From Azolla caroliniana (lineage: Eukaryota; Plantae; Polypodiophyta), in NCBI GenBank assembly GCA_043228905.1, contig JBHGNT010000013.1:868001-932000 (forward strand): a stretch of 64,000 nucleotides of DNA, given 5' to 3'. Made by a program: the position numbers and the translations under genes. A model generated the notes under the pieces. The model was not told where the DNA came from. It worked only from the letters and a program-made list of their open reading frames with translations, and made no database searches. Numbering within the stretch: the stretch's first letter is position 1; every line of letters begins with the position of its first letter. Of the stretch, positions 36,486 through 52,900 are shown piece by piece.

Positions 36486-37265
36486 CTTAGGTCGATTAGG
36501 GAGGTTAAACCTAACATTTTGTCACTCTCAAAAATCATGTTATAGGGCTTCTCAAACTTTCCTTCTACACAAGTGCTTCTTGCGCACTCATGGGTACTCA
36601 CCTAACTAACCTAGAAGCTAAGCCAATGGGGATAGGACAAAGTCTACTCTTTATGTTGGCGAGATGAGTAGAAGCTAGTGTCAATCCACCCTAAGCCTAC
36701 TATGAGCACCAAGGAATGAACAAAACAAACTCTAGGCATAATACCAAACACCCGATTTCTTGTATTTCATATATACACCCTCTTCATGTTCGTTATTCTG
36801 TTCGCAACATCTCCATCCCCTTTGTTGTCCATCATTCCCCCTTCCCTTCTTCCTCTCTTTTTCTCTCATTGCTCTTCTTTCCATTCTCTTCATTCGTTAT
36901 ATATGCATTACTTGTCTTCTTTGGCCATTTCTTGCATGCTCTATATACCAAAGCCAAATGGACTGGTACTCAATCACGATCTCGTGGGTTGTTGCTGCCT
37001 CTAGGGGGGAGAATGGCATGGCCAACGAGGCGAGTGAAATGGACTACTCGAGAGGAAGGGCGGTCGGGAAGCCCGTAAATGACCGGAATTTGTTGGCAAG
37101 ATAAGTCTCTGGAGCCTTTGAGAGGAAGGAAAGGAAAATGAATGAGAAGGAAGCCATGAGACATCAAGACATGGAAATAAAGGAAAAGAAGACGAAGAAG
37201 AAGAAATAAAGAAAGAAGAAGAAAGAAAGAAAGAAGAAAGAAGAAAGAAGAAAGAACAAAAGTAA

Positions 37266-37624
37266 CAATCGGCAAGGGTTCGAGAGGGTCCAAACCGACC
37301 TGAACCACGAAACCGTTAAAACCGAAACATAAAAAAAATTTCAAACCAGTAAAACCGCAATTTCGGTTTTTAGCTTAGGTCAAAATTTTAAAGATTTTCT
37401 CCTAAAATGTGAGAATAAGGCATGAAAAATGAAAAGATTGTTTAAAAATAAAATTTGTAATTTTTTTTAAATTTAAAAAAAAAATAGAAAATAGAAAATA
37501 GAAAACCATTAAACCGTTTTTACCGCGGTTTCTAACTGTTGAAACCGAACCGAACCGTGTTGACCGGTAAGCCGCGATTTCGAGTTTCGGTTCGGTTCGG
37601 TTCAAACCGAACCATTGCCGACTG
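37266..37624. mobile_element. MITE-like non-autonomous DNA transposon (hAT-like) about 200 bp upstream of the RuvBL1 ATG
   Basis: Imperfect terminal inverted repeats CAATCGGCAAGGGTTCG / CGAACCATTGCCGACTG, subterminal AACCG/CGGTT repeats and an AT-rich core. TSD not evident. Confidence 0.65.
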
Positions 37625-37818
37625 TTAAAAGAAAAGAAGAAGAAGAAGAAGAAAGAAAGAAGAAGTAAAACCTTAACTAACTCTAAGTCTCTCTGTTTCT
37701 GTCTCTGTCTCTGTCTCTGTCTCTCAGAGGAAGCAGCAGAGGAAGCAGAAGAGTGCCTGCAGGTTTCCTTCCTTCCATCTTTCCTTCCTTCTGCTCAATT
37801 CTTGTCTCCTTCCCTACC

Positions 37819-41978
<4,160 letters not shown>

Positions 41979-44209
41979 CAACATAAGTCCCTGTTGGATA
42001 ATGAAAATGGTCACACTATTCGTTCGTCAATTTGCTCTGCCTTAATGTGTTTCTGTCTGCCGAATTAGCTTTGCTGCTTATCAGGCAACGGATTTGTATT
42101 TGCCACTAGGCAATGCTGATTGAGGTGTATGGAAGGTGAATGCTCATGTGAGTACTAATTGACATCTTGCATCCTTGAATACAATTTGACGATCTTACAG
42201 AACCTGTACTGTCTACTCACACAACTCCCACTCCATAGCTTGAAATCTTACTTGGGAGTAAAATTTTGTCTACGTAATGATTAAGGTTAAGTTGCATGAT
42301 TTGAGTCACTTTAATAGTCATGATTCCGTAGACTTTCATGTTTGCATTTAAATGTAGAATCTTTTATACAATTGTATATGTTGTACGTGAAGGCTGTTGC
42401 GTTTTCTATAGACTCTTCATAATGGTGCTTCACATTGGCTGGACGATGGGCTAAGTCTAGTAATCTCTATTTATCCTTGTTTTGTTAATAATACATAAAG
42501 ATGGAGGGTTTAGGGTTGTGCTTAATATTTGTCTTCTGTTAGGCTGTTTGTATCATTGCTAACTGTAAGAATTACATGTGCGTAACTTTTTAAGCATAAT
42601 AATAGCTTTTGTATTTTGCCTTTTATTAATCCATAGTTCAAACTCTGCTAGCTATTAAAATTCTCACGCCAATTTATATAATTGTTTTCATAGTCATTTT
42701 GTGTATAGCCTTTAAAGTCTGTTTCATATGGAGTGCAAAAGTGTTTGCATGACTTCGCAAGGTCAATCTCCATCTGTAGGAGAGCTGGTTTATGAGGCAC
42801 ATTCATTCAATCTTTTTAAGTAACATACATCAGATGGTTAAATGATAAATCTCTAATATACCCTACGAGTTTTTCCTTTTTTCTCATATGTGCTGGAGTT
42901 TGCATTAGTTCCCTGATTCACATGTTACAAGAACACCACGATAGATGCATTTGCTGCATGATAATTGCTTTCTGTGCTAGATCAAGGGCATCAGATTTAG
43001 TTAAGAACTTGGGGAGAAATTATTTCCTCAGCATTGTTACAGCAAGCTCTCTATCAAATATTGCAACTTGCAAGTACCTTCCATATGATTGAATGTCAAT
43101 GCATTTATGAGCAAAGGGAAAATCTCCACTGGAGTAAGTTGCTTCCTATATACATAATAATTGAGGAAAAATCAGGAATAAATAAATGATAGTGATCTAT
43201 TGTAGATACATATTCACTTTTGTTGAAATTATAGTTTTAGGCGCACTGTGCTGGAAACTTTTATGACTTCACTGTGGGAAACCCAATCAAACAAAAATGC
43301 AATGAAATTCCTTTCATTATTCGGTTGGGAAAAAAACAGGTGTATTGAGAACAAACACAAGATATTACATTACATTTTGGGCACAAAGCTTGCAGTTCAA
43401 CAACAGGATGCAATCCTGTTTCTCCATCGTGAATCAAGGCATTTTCAGTCCCATGAAATTGAGTTTGAATAAATGAGAGGTAGAATAAATTGTGATATAC
43501 GACGTAGTAATCATATGTAGAAAAATTTTATCAACAAAAAAATAAGTAATCAGTCAGATTTGTCTCCTTGACATGTGACTGTATTCCATGTGCTGTATGT
43601 CAAATCATGGTATGTCCAGATCTTGACCATGTGACTGCAACTAGCATGATGTTGTTGGCAACTGATGTCAAAATTAGTTAAAAGTTGCATAATCAGGTGC
43701 AAACTTGATAACCTATACTGCATACCACAAGCATAAGAGTTGTCCTCACCCTGCTCTCTGTAGCTTTAGCAACATCCACTCGATGTCACATGGAGTATGG
43801 GCTAAAAGCATTCTGCCTGTAAGGCTCAACTTCTCAAAGAAGAGATCTTGCTTAATGTATGAATCTTATCACATCCAGTAGCATATTGTGAGAATCATGC
43901 TGTATCAGATAGCTTCTCAGGTGCAGTTTGAAATGTTTGGCATAAAGTGCACACCTCTGCAATGAATCAAGTTGAAAGTCACTGGTGCCAGCTCATTACT
44001 TGAGTGATGCAGGGGAGTGACATTTTGATTTCAGGGTTAAATTCAGAGAGGATGAAGAGAGCTTAAGTAGAAGCAGCAGCTTTCTGGGACTACTCAGGCG
44101 CAAAGGCTTAGGGAACAACCATATCCTGGCATGTTTACTTCTAAATTCAAGCTTTACTACGCAGTTCTTCCTTTGGATTTATCCACTCTGAAATAATGTA
44201 CAATTTTGT

Positions 44210-46360
44210 TCACTGCTGTAAAACCTTTGACACATGCTTTTTCCGACTCCTATGTAGTTCTCTTAATTTCTCCATTCTATCTGAATTATCGAGTTCCTCT
44301 GCATTTCTGTATATGTCAGCCATTATTGCATATGCAGAAGCATCATTAGGGTCCATTATTACGAGATGTTTAAAACATCTCAGGCCAAGGTCAACTTCTC
44401 CATATATTTTACAAGCAGTAAGCAAAGCTTTCCACGTTTCTTTTGGTGGTGGCCATTGCACAGTATCCAGAATGCCCACTGCCTGATTCACATATCCCGA
44501 TCGTGCAAGAAGATCTACCATACAAGAAAATTGATAGACAGTCTGCCTCGGTCCCATTTCCATCATCAAAAAGTACTCTTGCCCTTTAAAGACGAGATTA
44601 GTGTGGCTACATGCAACTAAAACCGCCGTATATGCTATGGAATCTGGCTTTAAACCTTTTTCTTGCATGCCCTTGAAGTATTGCACAGCCATATTACCTT
44701 GATGGTTGATACCACACCCTTTTATGATTGAGCTCCATGTTGTAATATTTCGCACCGGGAGGTCATCAAACACATTTCTTGCCTCTAAGAGTGCGCCACA
44801 TTCTCCATACATATCTACCAATACACTACCAATAACATAATCCTTCTCCAAGCCATATTTTGTAATCTGACCATGCATTTCACGACCCTTTTCTACAGAA
44901 TTCAAGGTACAGCATGTTTTTAAACTACAAGCAAGAAGAACATCGTCAGGTGATACACATTGCATTTGCATTTGATGAATGCAATCCAAAGCTTTGTCAG
45001 CTTGACCATGTTGGGCATATCCCATCATGAGTGAGCTCCAAGACACGTTGTCCCGGGATAATAGTTTGTCAAATACTTGTTGTGCCTCCTCAAGCAAGCC
45101 ACATTTTCCAAACATATCAACCAACATATTGCCTACAGTAGAGTTTTGGTCCAATCCACTCTTCACAATCCCAACATATATGGAATGGCCCAAACTTATT
45201 GATCTGATGGTACCACAAGCTTTCAGGCCACATATGACTGCAACATCATCCAACAACATATTCTCTGAATGTACCTTTTCAAAGCAATGCAAAGCTTCCT
45301 TACCATAGCCAAGTTCAATATATCCGGCCATCAATACATTCCATGACACAATATCATGTGTAGGAAGCTTATCGAACACAATCTGAGCTTCCTCAAGGTA
45401 CCCACATTTGCAAAACATGTCTAAACTTGTGTTTCCTACATAAATATCATCATCCAAACCCCTCTTCAAAACATCGGCAAATATATAGCGTCCGGTTTCT
45501 ATTGCTCTAATGCTGTTACAAGCTTGTAAGCAAATCGTATAGGTCACAGCATTTGGTAATCCACCCTCTGAAATCATCTGTGAGAAACAATCTATCGCAT
45601 TCTTGTAATAACCATGACCCACATAGGTTGCTATCATTGAGCTCCATGAGACCACATCTCGTGCCCCTTGGCTATCAAATACTTCCTGTGACTCTGCAAT
45701 AGAGCCACATTTGCTGAACATATCAATCAATGCATTTCCGACAAAAACATCATTCTCTAAGCCCATGCTTATCACTTCCTCCCGAAGTTTTCGGCCCATT
45801 TCCAGGTTTTTCTGTATAGCACAAGCCTTGAGAAGAGCCACGAAAGTGTAGGTAGTTGGATGCAAACCATCTGATTGCATTCTCTTGTAGAGATGGAAAA
45901 CATCGTCTGCTTTTCCACATTCGATATAACTGAAAATAAGAGCATTCCAAGAATAGGTATTCCGAAATCCTAGGCTTTCCATGACCTTCTCGGCCTCAGG
46001 AAGACAACCACAATCAGCCAACATAGATACAAGGTAATTCCCCAACACAATGTGCCCTTTAAGGTCTTTCCTTTCCATATACATTTTCAAGCGTTTGGCA
46101 TATGATGGATCTCTTTCCTTTCTGCATTCCTGCAAGATGCATATCAAATTGCTGACGGAAGGAGGCTTAGGAGATTGTTCTAAACAAAGGATTCGATGTT
46201 CCAAGCCAGAGGTTTCTGCATCCCAAGGATTCTTTGCATGGCTAGCATAAGTTTTCCTTCCAGCAAGAGAGAATGTCTCCTGGTAGGTGGAGAGGCCAAG
46301 CATAGGACCTCCTCCATTGATCCTCTTCTTCACCATATGTGTGTAGAGGGCCATGGACAT
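44210..46360 (-). CDS. PLS-class pentatricopeptide repeat protein with C-terminal E domain, no DYW; probable organellar RNA-editing specificity factor
   Basis: Intronless 716-aa ORF with repeated P-L-S triplets (NALIDMFSKCG, DVVSWSSMI, LKAC) and an E motif (MVDLLARSG...WKALLTACKIYG...AYAIMADIY). Confidence 0.93.
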   Translation of the reverse strand: MSMALYTHMVKKRINGGGPMLGLSTYQETFSLAGRKTYASHAKNPWDAETSGLEHRILCLEQSPKPPSVSNLICILQECRKERDPSYAKRLKMYMERKDLKGHIVLGNYLVSMLADCGCLPEAEKVMESLGFRNTYSWNALIFSYIECGKADDVFHLYKRMQSDGLHPTTYTFVALLKACAIQKNLEMGRKLREEVISMGLENDVFVGNALIDMFSKCGSIAESQEVFDSQGARDVVSWSSMIATYVGHGYYKNAIDCFSQMISEGGLPNAVTYTICLQACNSIRAIETGRYIFADVLKRGLDDDIYVGNTSLDMFCKCGYLEEAQIVFDKLPTHDIVSWNVLMAGYIELGYGKEALHCFEKVHSENMLLDDVAVICGLKACGTIRSISLGHSIYVGIVKSGLDQNSTVGNMLVDMFGKCGLLEEAQQVFDKLLSRDNVSWSSLMMGYAQHGQADKALDCIHQMQMQCVSPDDVLLACSLKTCCTLNSVEKGREMHGQITKYGLEKDYVIGSVLVDMYGECGALLEARNVFDDLPVRNITTWSSIIKGCGINHQGNMAVQYFKGMQEKGLKPDSIAYTAVLVACSHTNLVFKGQEYFLMMEMGPRQTVYQFSCMVDLLARSGYVNQAVGILDTVQWPPPKETWKALLTACKIYGEVDLGLRCFKHLVIMDPNDASAYAIMADIYRNAEELDNSDRMEKLRELHRSRKKHVSKVLQQ

Positions 46361-47004
46361 GCATGATGAGCTTTCATTCTTCTCTCAAAGTTTTCCTTAC
46401 AACAAACAAATCTACAAACTCCATAGCTCTCATCACTACATAGCTTTGGCTCCAGAATGCACCCAAAGACTTTTACATAGAAGGAAGGATCGGATAATTC
46501 ACAGGCCATTCGAGCTTTACCTCAACAATGCATCGCGGATTGCACAAAACCTTCACACTTCTTCGACATGGTGTAGGTTCCATGGCCATGGAACCTATAC
46601 AAGATGTTAGGGTACAACTATGGTTTGACAAACATATTAGGTTGACACATCGCAAAAATATTACCTTTCGAGGGTGTCGTCACACCATGACGACGATCAC
46701 AATTGTTCGTTCTGGCACACCATTGCACATGATTTTGAGGTGACCTACTTACTAGGTAGACAAGAGTTTTCCGTGATGAGCACATACCATAACTAGGTTT
46801 TACATGTATGTTCCACACCAGCCAAAACTGAAGGTTATTTATAGCTTAACCACTTGTCCTCCTTACGGTTCTGAGTGTTGAGATATCCAGCTCAAGTATC
46901 CTAGGTGTGTGCGATCCCATAAGTAGTCGATGCATGGTGTATCTAATGTGCATGCAACTCTCATTGATATAACAACCTTGTCATATAGTTAATGTAAAGA
47001 ATAT

Positions 47005-47330
47005 CCTGTATCCTACCCAAATCCATAATGAAAAACAAAGAATAGTTGCAATCACGTGAGAAGGTAACACTACATAAAGCAATTGTCGCCCTCTTGTAGA
47101 CGTTGGTTCAATGTATATTCTTAGTGGTAATATGCATATCTTTGGTATATATCCTACCCAAATCCATGATGAAAAACAAAGAATACTTGCAATCAAGTGA
47201 GAAGGTAACACTACATAAAGCAACTGACCCCCTAGACTTGTAGACGTTGGTTCAATGTATATTCTTAGTGGTAATAAAGCTATTGTCCCCCTCTTGCAAT
47301 CAAGTGAGAAAGTAACACTCTAGCAATTGT
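47005..47330. repeat. Local tandem duplication (about 140-bp unit, two copies plus fragments) upstream of the PPR gene
   Basis: tcctacccaaatcca...gaaaaacaaagaata...cttgtagacgttggttcaatgtatattcttagtggtaata is repeated. Confidence 0.8.
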
Positions 47331-47332
47331 CG

Positions 47333-47530
47333 CTAAGGTTGTGGAAGAGTAGTAGCTAAATAGCTAAGTTGTACCCCTAACCGTTAATTAGCTATATATC
47401 TACGGTTGTGGAAGAGTGGTAACTAAATAGCTAAGTTGTACCCCTAACCACTAACTAGCTATATTGCTAAGGTTGTGGAAGAGTTGTAGCTAAATAGCTA
47501 ATATGTACCACTAACCTCTAATTAGTTAAG
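47333..47530. repeat. Three ~67-bp tandem repeats followed by a TAGCTA-rich tract
   Basis: ggttgtggaagag..tagctaaatagctaa..tgtacc.ctaacc recurs at ~47333, 47400 and 47467. Confidence 0.8.
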
Positions 47531-49982
47531 ACCGTAGTAGCTACTTAGCTAAGACGATAGTACAATAGTAGCTAATTCACTAGGTAGGTAAGTGATTATT
47601 GCTACTAGCTAATCAGTATTCTAGTTAGCTAAAGTGTTAGTGGGAACTAGCTAGTAGCTATTAAGCTAACATGTGTTCAATGTTCCATCAATCTATAGGA
47701 ATATCACATTCATTCTAGCATGGGATGCATGCAACCCATGAATTGTTTTATGCGATTGACAATTGTAGATCACAAAACTCTTGTTTCATTCCTATCATGT
47801 GAGCTTGTTGGTAAGTATGGACCTCTAGAACTTGTAAAGCTTGAGACAATGTAACTTGAATATCTAATAACATATCATCAAATGGGATTGAGACCAAGAA
47901 TGCATTACACATGTCTAGAAATTGTAGGATTAACCTCACCTATTGTTTGCATATGGATGCTTGAGAAATTCCATAATGACGAGTAAATCATTGAATATTA
48001 GAGATACAAATATCCCATGCATTAAAATCACCGAACAAAAACCTTGGATATTCATTTGTCGAGCCATGAAAATGAATAGTTACTGAACTTTGTAAAACAA
48101 TTAGTTCTCATCGAAGAACTTTGCATGAATATACTAGCCTTTTTGACAAGGACAAATGAATAATTCTTGAATATTCATTTGTTGAGTCAATACTAGGTAT
48201 TCAATCACAAGGGCAACCCTCAACTCACATTTTTTAATGAGGAAATCACTACTCATCTAAAATGGTGAGCATAATATCATATGGCTTCATAGTATTTGCT
48301 ATGAAAATGTCAATTATTTCCTGTTTGACCAAGGTCTAATGGAATATCTTGTTGGAGCCAAAACACTGTATGGAGGGTTGTATGAAGATATCTATCTACA
48401 TGCATATAATGGACTCATAATCAGACTGAACATGAACTTGATGATGGTAAGCAAGCTTTGCAATGTTTAAAAAGGAGATGCATTGACCAGACCATCATGC
48501 AAAAGCATGAGTCTAAAATTGATAAATTCCAAAACTACACAATTCAATTAATAGATTGATCAAGTTATTCAGAAGTAAAACTGCCAAAACAACATAATAT
48601 CACTCATATTATTTCAACAAGATTCACAGACAATTTTTTATTGAGGGCACCTTGATATGCATAGCCAAAAAGGTAGCTTTTGATACGAATAATATATTAT
48701 ATATATATACAAACAAAAGATAGATATCTACCAAATTAGTTGGCTGTACACCAGTCATTACAAATTACACGATGAGCCATTTCATACTCGAGACTTATTT
48801 TAAAGTCATGAGGAACATACATAATCATGCACCTACATCATTGTACACTGAACTATTAAAAAACTAGCATTTTAATCTTTTAAGGCAATGGCTGAAAAAA
48901 TAGTATTGATCATTACGTATCTTCACACTGTTAGTTTGAGATCATGTAAACTCAAGTTTAGGCTGAAAAAATATTATTGGTCATTACACATCTTCATATC
49001 GTTAGTTTGAGATCACGTAAGTTTAGTCCTAAAAATGGCATTGTGACACTGGTATTGATATTCATAGGAAATGACAATTGAATATGCATTATACAAATCA
49101 ACTAATTTTACATACAGACATGGCTGCAGTTGAAACCAATTGAATGGTGGCTATTTAAGAATTGAAAGCATATCTATAAACATTTGTCAGCACCTTCTTA
49201 TAAAACAATTATTCTATTATAAAACTGTGAAGTGACATTCTTATATGCATATCATGATTGAAAATGAAACGAAAACACTAAACAAATATAATACAAGCCA
49301 GACCAAAGTTCGAAAATAGGATTTAATACCAGCACTTCAAAATTTCCATTATAAAACTGCGAAGTGATATTCTCAAAATGACATTCTTATATGCAAATAA
49401 AAAGAATACACTAAACAAATATAATACAAGCCAGAACAAAGTTCAAAAAATAGGATTTACTACCAACGCTTCAAAAATTCAAGATGGGGAATCCATCTCC
49501 ACCTACATACACATGCAGTATGCTTACAATTGGATGGAAAATATGAACATTACTCTCTTTTTTATATGTGAAGTGAAATTGGATCATAGGGATGGGGGAT
49601 ATTACAAGTTAATAACAAATTCCTGAATGGCTTTTATCAGTACGTCCATATTCTTAGAAGATGCCAAAAGCACTGGCAAAAAGCTTTGGGAGATGGATTC
49701 CTACTACATACATCCGCATGAGCATGAACTGATGTTCTCGAAAAGGAGCCTCATTCACCAAAACGCACTTTGGAATATTTATGGATGGAACAAAATTTCA
49801 ACGAAAATTCTCAGCTAGTAATTTTTTCTCCTATTTCCCACAATTGATATGAAATAAGATTTTAATATTTGTTGTGTTTTTTACCCATCAAAATTGCCAT
49901 ATCTAACCAAAATAATTTACAAAACAGATGTAGGATCTACCAGGAGTGACAGCTTCACCCACAATAACAAATTTGTCCGTGG

Positions 49983-52900
49983 CTATCTCCTAAGAGAACC
50001 CCAACTTCTTCGAGCCTGGAATATATATCAATTATATACATTAAAGGAAAATCTTCAAAATGTCACAGTAATTTAATATAACTCAAATGTGCTATATTCT
50101 AGTTTACCATAATTACCAGCATGCTGCTCAAGCTTACATATTTCCCAAAATGTCATAAACTAGAAACATCAGATAATTTTTGAATCCCGAATCTAGCAAT
50201 ATTCGGATTTTTAGATCATGCATTACTAAAAAGGCATTGCAGAAAATAGAGCAAGAATTTTAAGAATTATGAAAAACTAGAGTTGCATTTCATTTCATAT
50301 AGGTATAAAGAGCAATCAGAGGAAAGGGAGAAAGAAAATGGTTTGCTGTGATGATTCAAGAAAGACCGAAAAGAAAACCTGTCCACTGGAAGATGCAGCC
50401 AGTTTCTTTTGTTGATCTCCATCTTCTTCTTCATCCTCATCCACCATATCAATGTATGTTGTTCGTGAAATGCTGCTACTCACAGATTTTCGTCCACGTT
50501 TTTGTCCAGATGCAGTAGGCGTAGCTCTCTCTTTATTCCCTGATACAGCAGAAGCTTTTCTTTTTCTTCCTTTAGCAGGCGTAAGGTCCTGTAAGATCAA
50601 GAGAACCATTAGAACGGTTCAAAGGAACCATTATGCAGGTTCATACAAGTTACTCTAGAGGTTCAAAAAAATCATTATACAGGTTCATAGGACAGTTTCC
50701 TCGAACCATTATTACCGGTTCACTTTCAGATTCAGGTACAGCATCAACCATGATTTCCTCACTTGATGAAGTAGCTATATCCTCCGTATCATCTTGATCC
50801 GTTGTCTGAAATGCAGCTCTTGCTGCTGAGGAAGCTACCCTGGAAATTTGTAGGAATAGCAGTGCTATATATCATGATACATCCACAATTCACACTAGAA
50901 TTTTGCTTTCTTTTCTTATAGTGGACACCAGAGGTAAGTATTGATTATATAATACAAATGTTGTCCCAAATACACAAACTGCAGAAATATTGTCATGAAG
51001 CAAACAAATTCACCTTTGCGAGCGTACACTTGTTGCAGACATGTCTAATGTAGTTTGTTTTAAACCTCCTCGAGAACCTCTACCTCTTCCTCTTGATGCA
51101 TTTGTTCGCCCACCACGACCCCTATTTGATACTGAGGACTGACTAGTCTTCCTCGCTGCTGGAGTATGGTTACCTCCTCGTAGCTCCGTATCAATTTCTT
51201 CATCACTGAATCCACCCTTGTCAATGTTCGGCATATGGCTTGACTGCAAGAAATATGACAAGCTGCTCAAAACCAAAAGAAAACAAACCAGTCACAAGAA
51301 CTTCACCAGACAAAATGTAGGGTTTCACCTGCGAATAATTGCTATTCTTGGCTATTGTTGATACAGATCTTGCACAAGGGACAGCTTTCAAGACACGCTC
51401 CTAATATAGAGTCCATTAGGAAAAGATATCCAAGGAATGAAAAAACCATCATCGTAAAAGAAAATTCAATTAACAGTTCTGTTACCTGCATGCATTGACT
51501 GACTTTCTCTACTAGATCTTTCTCCTCCTTTATTTGCAGCACATCAGCCTCTTCAACAAGTTTTGCCTGAACAAAATATACCACATACATCCATTAAAAT
51601 GGTAAATGTAGATAGCTGCTCTAGTGAGCCATCCTTACTCAAAACTTGCTGCTCTAAAAAACTTAAGAATTAACACTAAAGTAGAGTTAGAAGGCATGCT
51701 CTTGTTTCTTCCAGATTATGCTGAACACAAGAATAAAAGGCCAGCTTATCATCTTTATTCACAAACTCATGTAATGCCACATCAAGATCATTTACAGGTA
51801 GGATCTCCATTTTCTGTAAACAGATATCAAAAGGAAAGATTAGTGAACAGTAACACTGTTAATCACATTTTTATGCCCTCTGCAGAATTTACATAAAGAC
51901 TTCATCTTACCAAGTTACTTTCAGCAACTAATGCCTCAATATTCTGTTGATTTAACTCCTCTGGCCTTAGAAGTTCTTTTTCTTCACCTTTGTCTGTCCA
52001 AAAGATAGAGAATGCATTCAGGAAGACTGTATGAGCTAAAGGAATTAGGACAATGAAAACAAAACATAAAACAGACTCCTGTCAAACGATCAAGTCAAGG
52101 ATTTACCCCTAAGCTGTTAAGGACATTTTCAAGAAGAATTGAAGCCTGAAAAATACTCTGTTCTTCCCATTCTCATAGAACAAGAAAGAAGACAGACGAA
52201 ATAATACTACAAAAAAATATGAATATCCTTGAAAAGAATTCCATGAATACTCATTCCAAAGGAAGAGCACTCAACCAGCAAGGGATTACGCCCAAATACG
52301 ATGAATAAATCAAGAGAAAACATGGGACCATCGTGGAGAGACATCCAGATAATATTGTTACTACATGCATAAGGTTGTTGAAGTCCTACATGCAAAAAAA
52401 CCTGCTCAAAGGCTTTATATGCAAGAGAATTCAGGCCAATTTGCACAAACTGAGAAGCCCATTTCAAATATATCTGTGTTGCACTTCCATAGCTGAAATC
52501 CAGTTTGATCTCAGAAAAGCCAAATATCTGAGGCTCTATTAATAAAGCAACCACAACAAATACACGATTCATGATAACAGTAATGGAATAAGAGCTCCAG
52601 CCACCTACATCAAGAGCTACATTGGGTTCTAATAATCAAGATATCATCACAGACAGATTCTTGGAAATATGGTACACATAGTATAAAGGACAATAAGAAG
52701 GCATTTCAGATTCATAACAAGGAAGTTCTTGAAAATTTACATTTGCAGTATAGAAGAGATAAAGGTTACCAGTGCCTGCCTGTCTCTTTTTCACTGCCTT
52801 GGTAAATATCAGTATGTCATGGGGATTGGCAACCTAAAATGTAACTCAATTTCTCAGCAATAGAACATGTAACTATTATAAAGAAAACAACTTCAAAAAA

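Noticed and set aside
36716-37344. Short ORFs upstream of RuvBL1
   Set aside because: Low-complexity CT/GA-rich sequence with no recognisable protein motif.
48880-49480. Short local duplications downstream of MRE11 (also at 41447-41560 in a RuvBL1 intron)
   Set aside because: Ordinary AT-rich two-copy duplications with no structure suggesting function.
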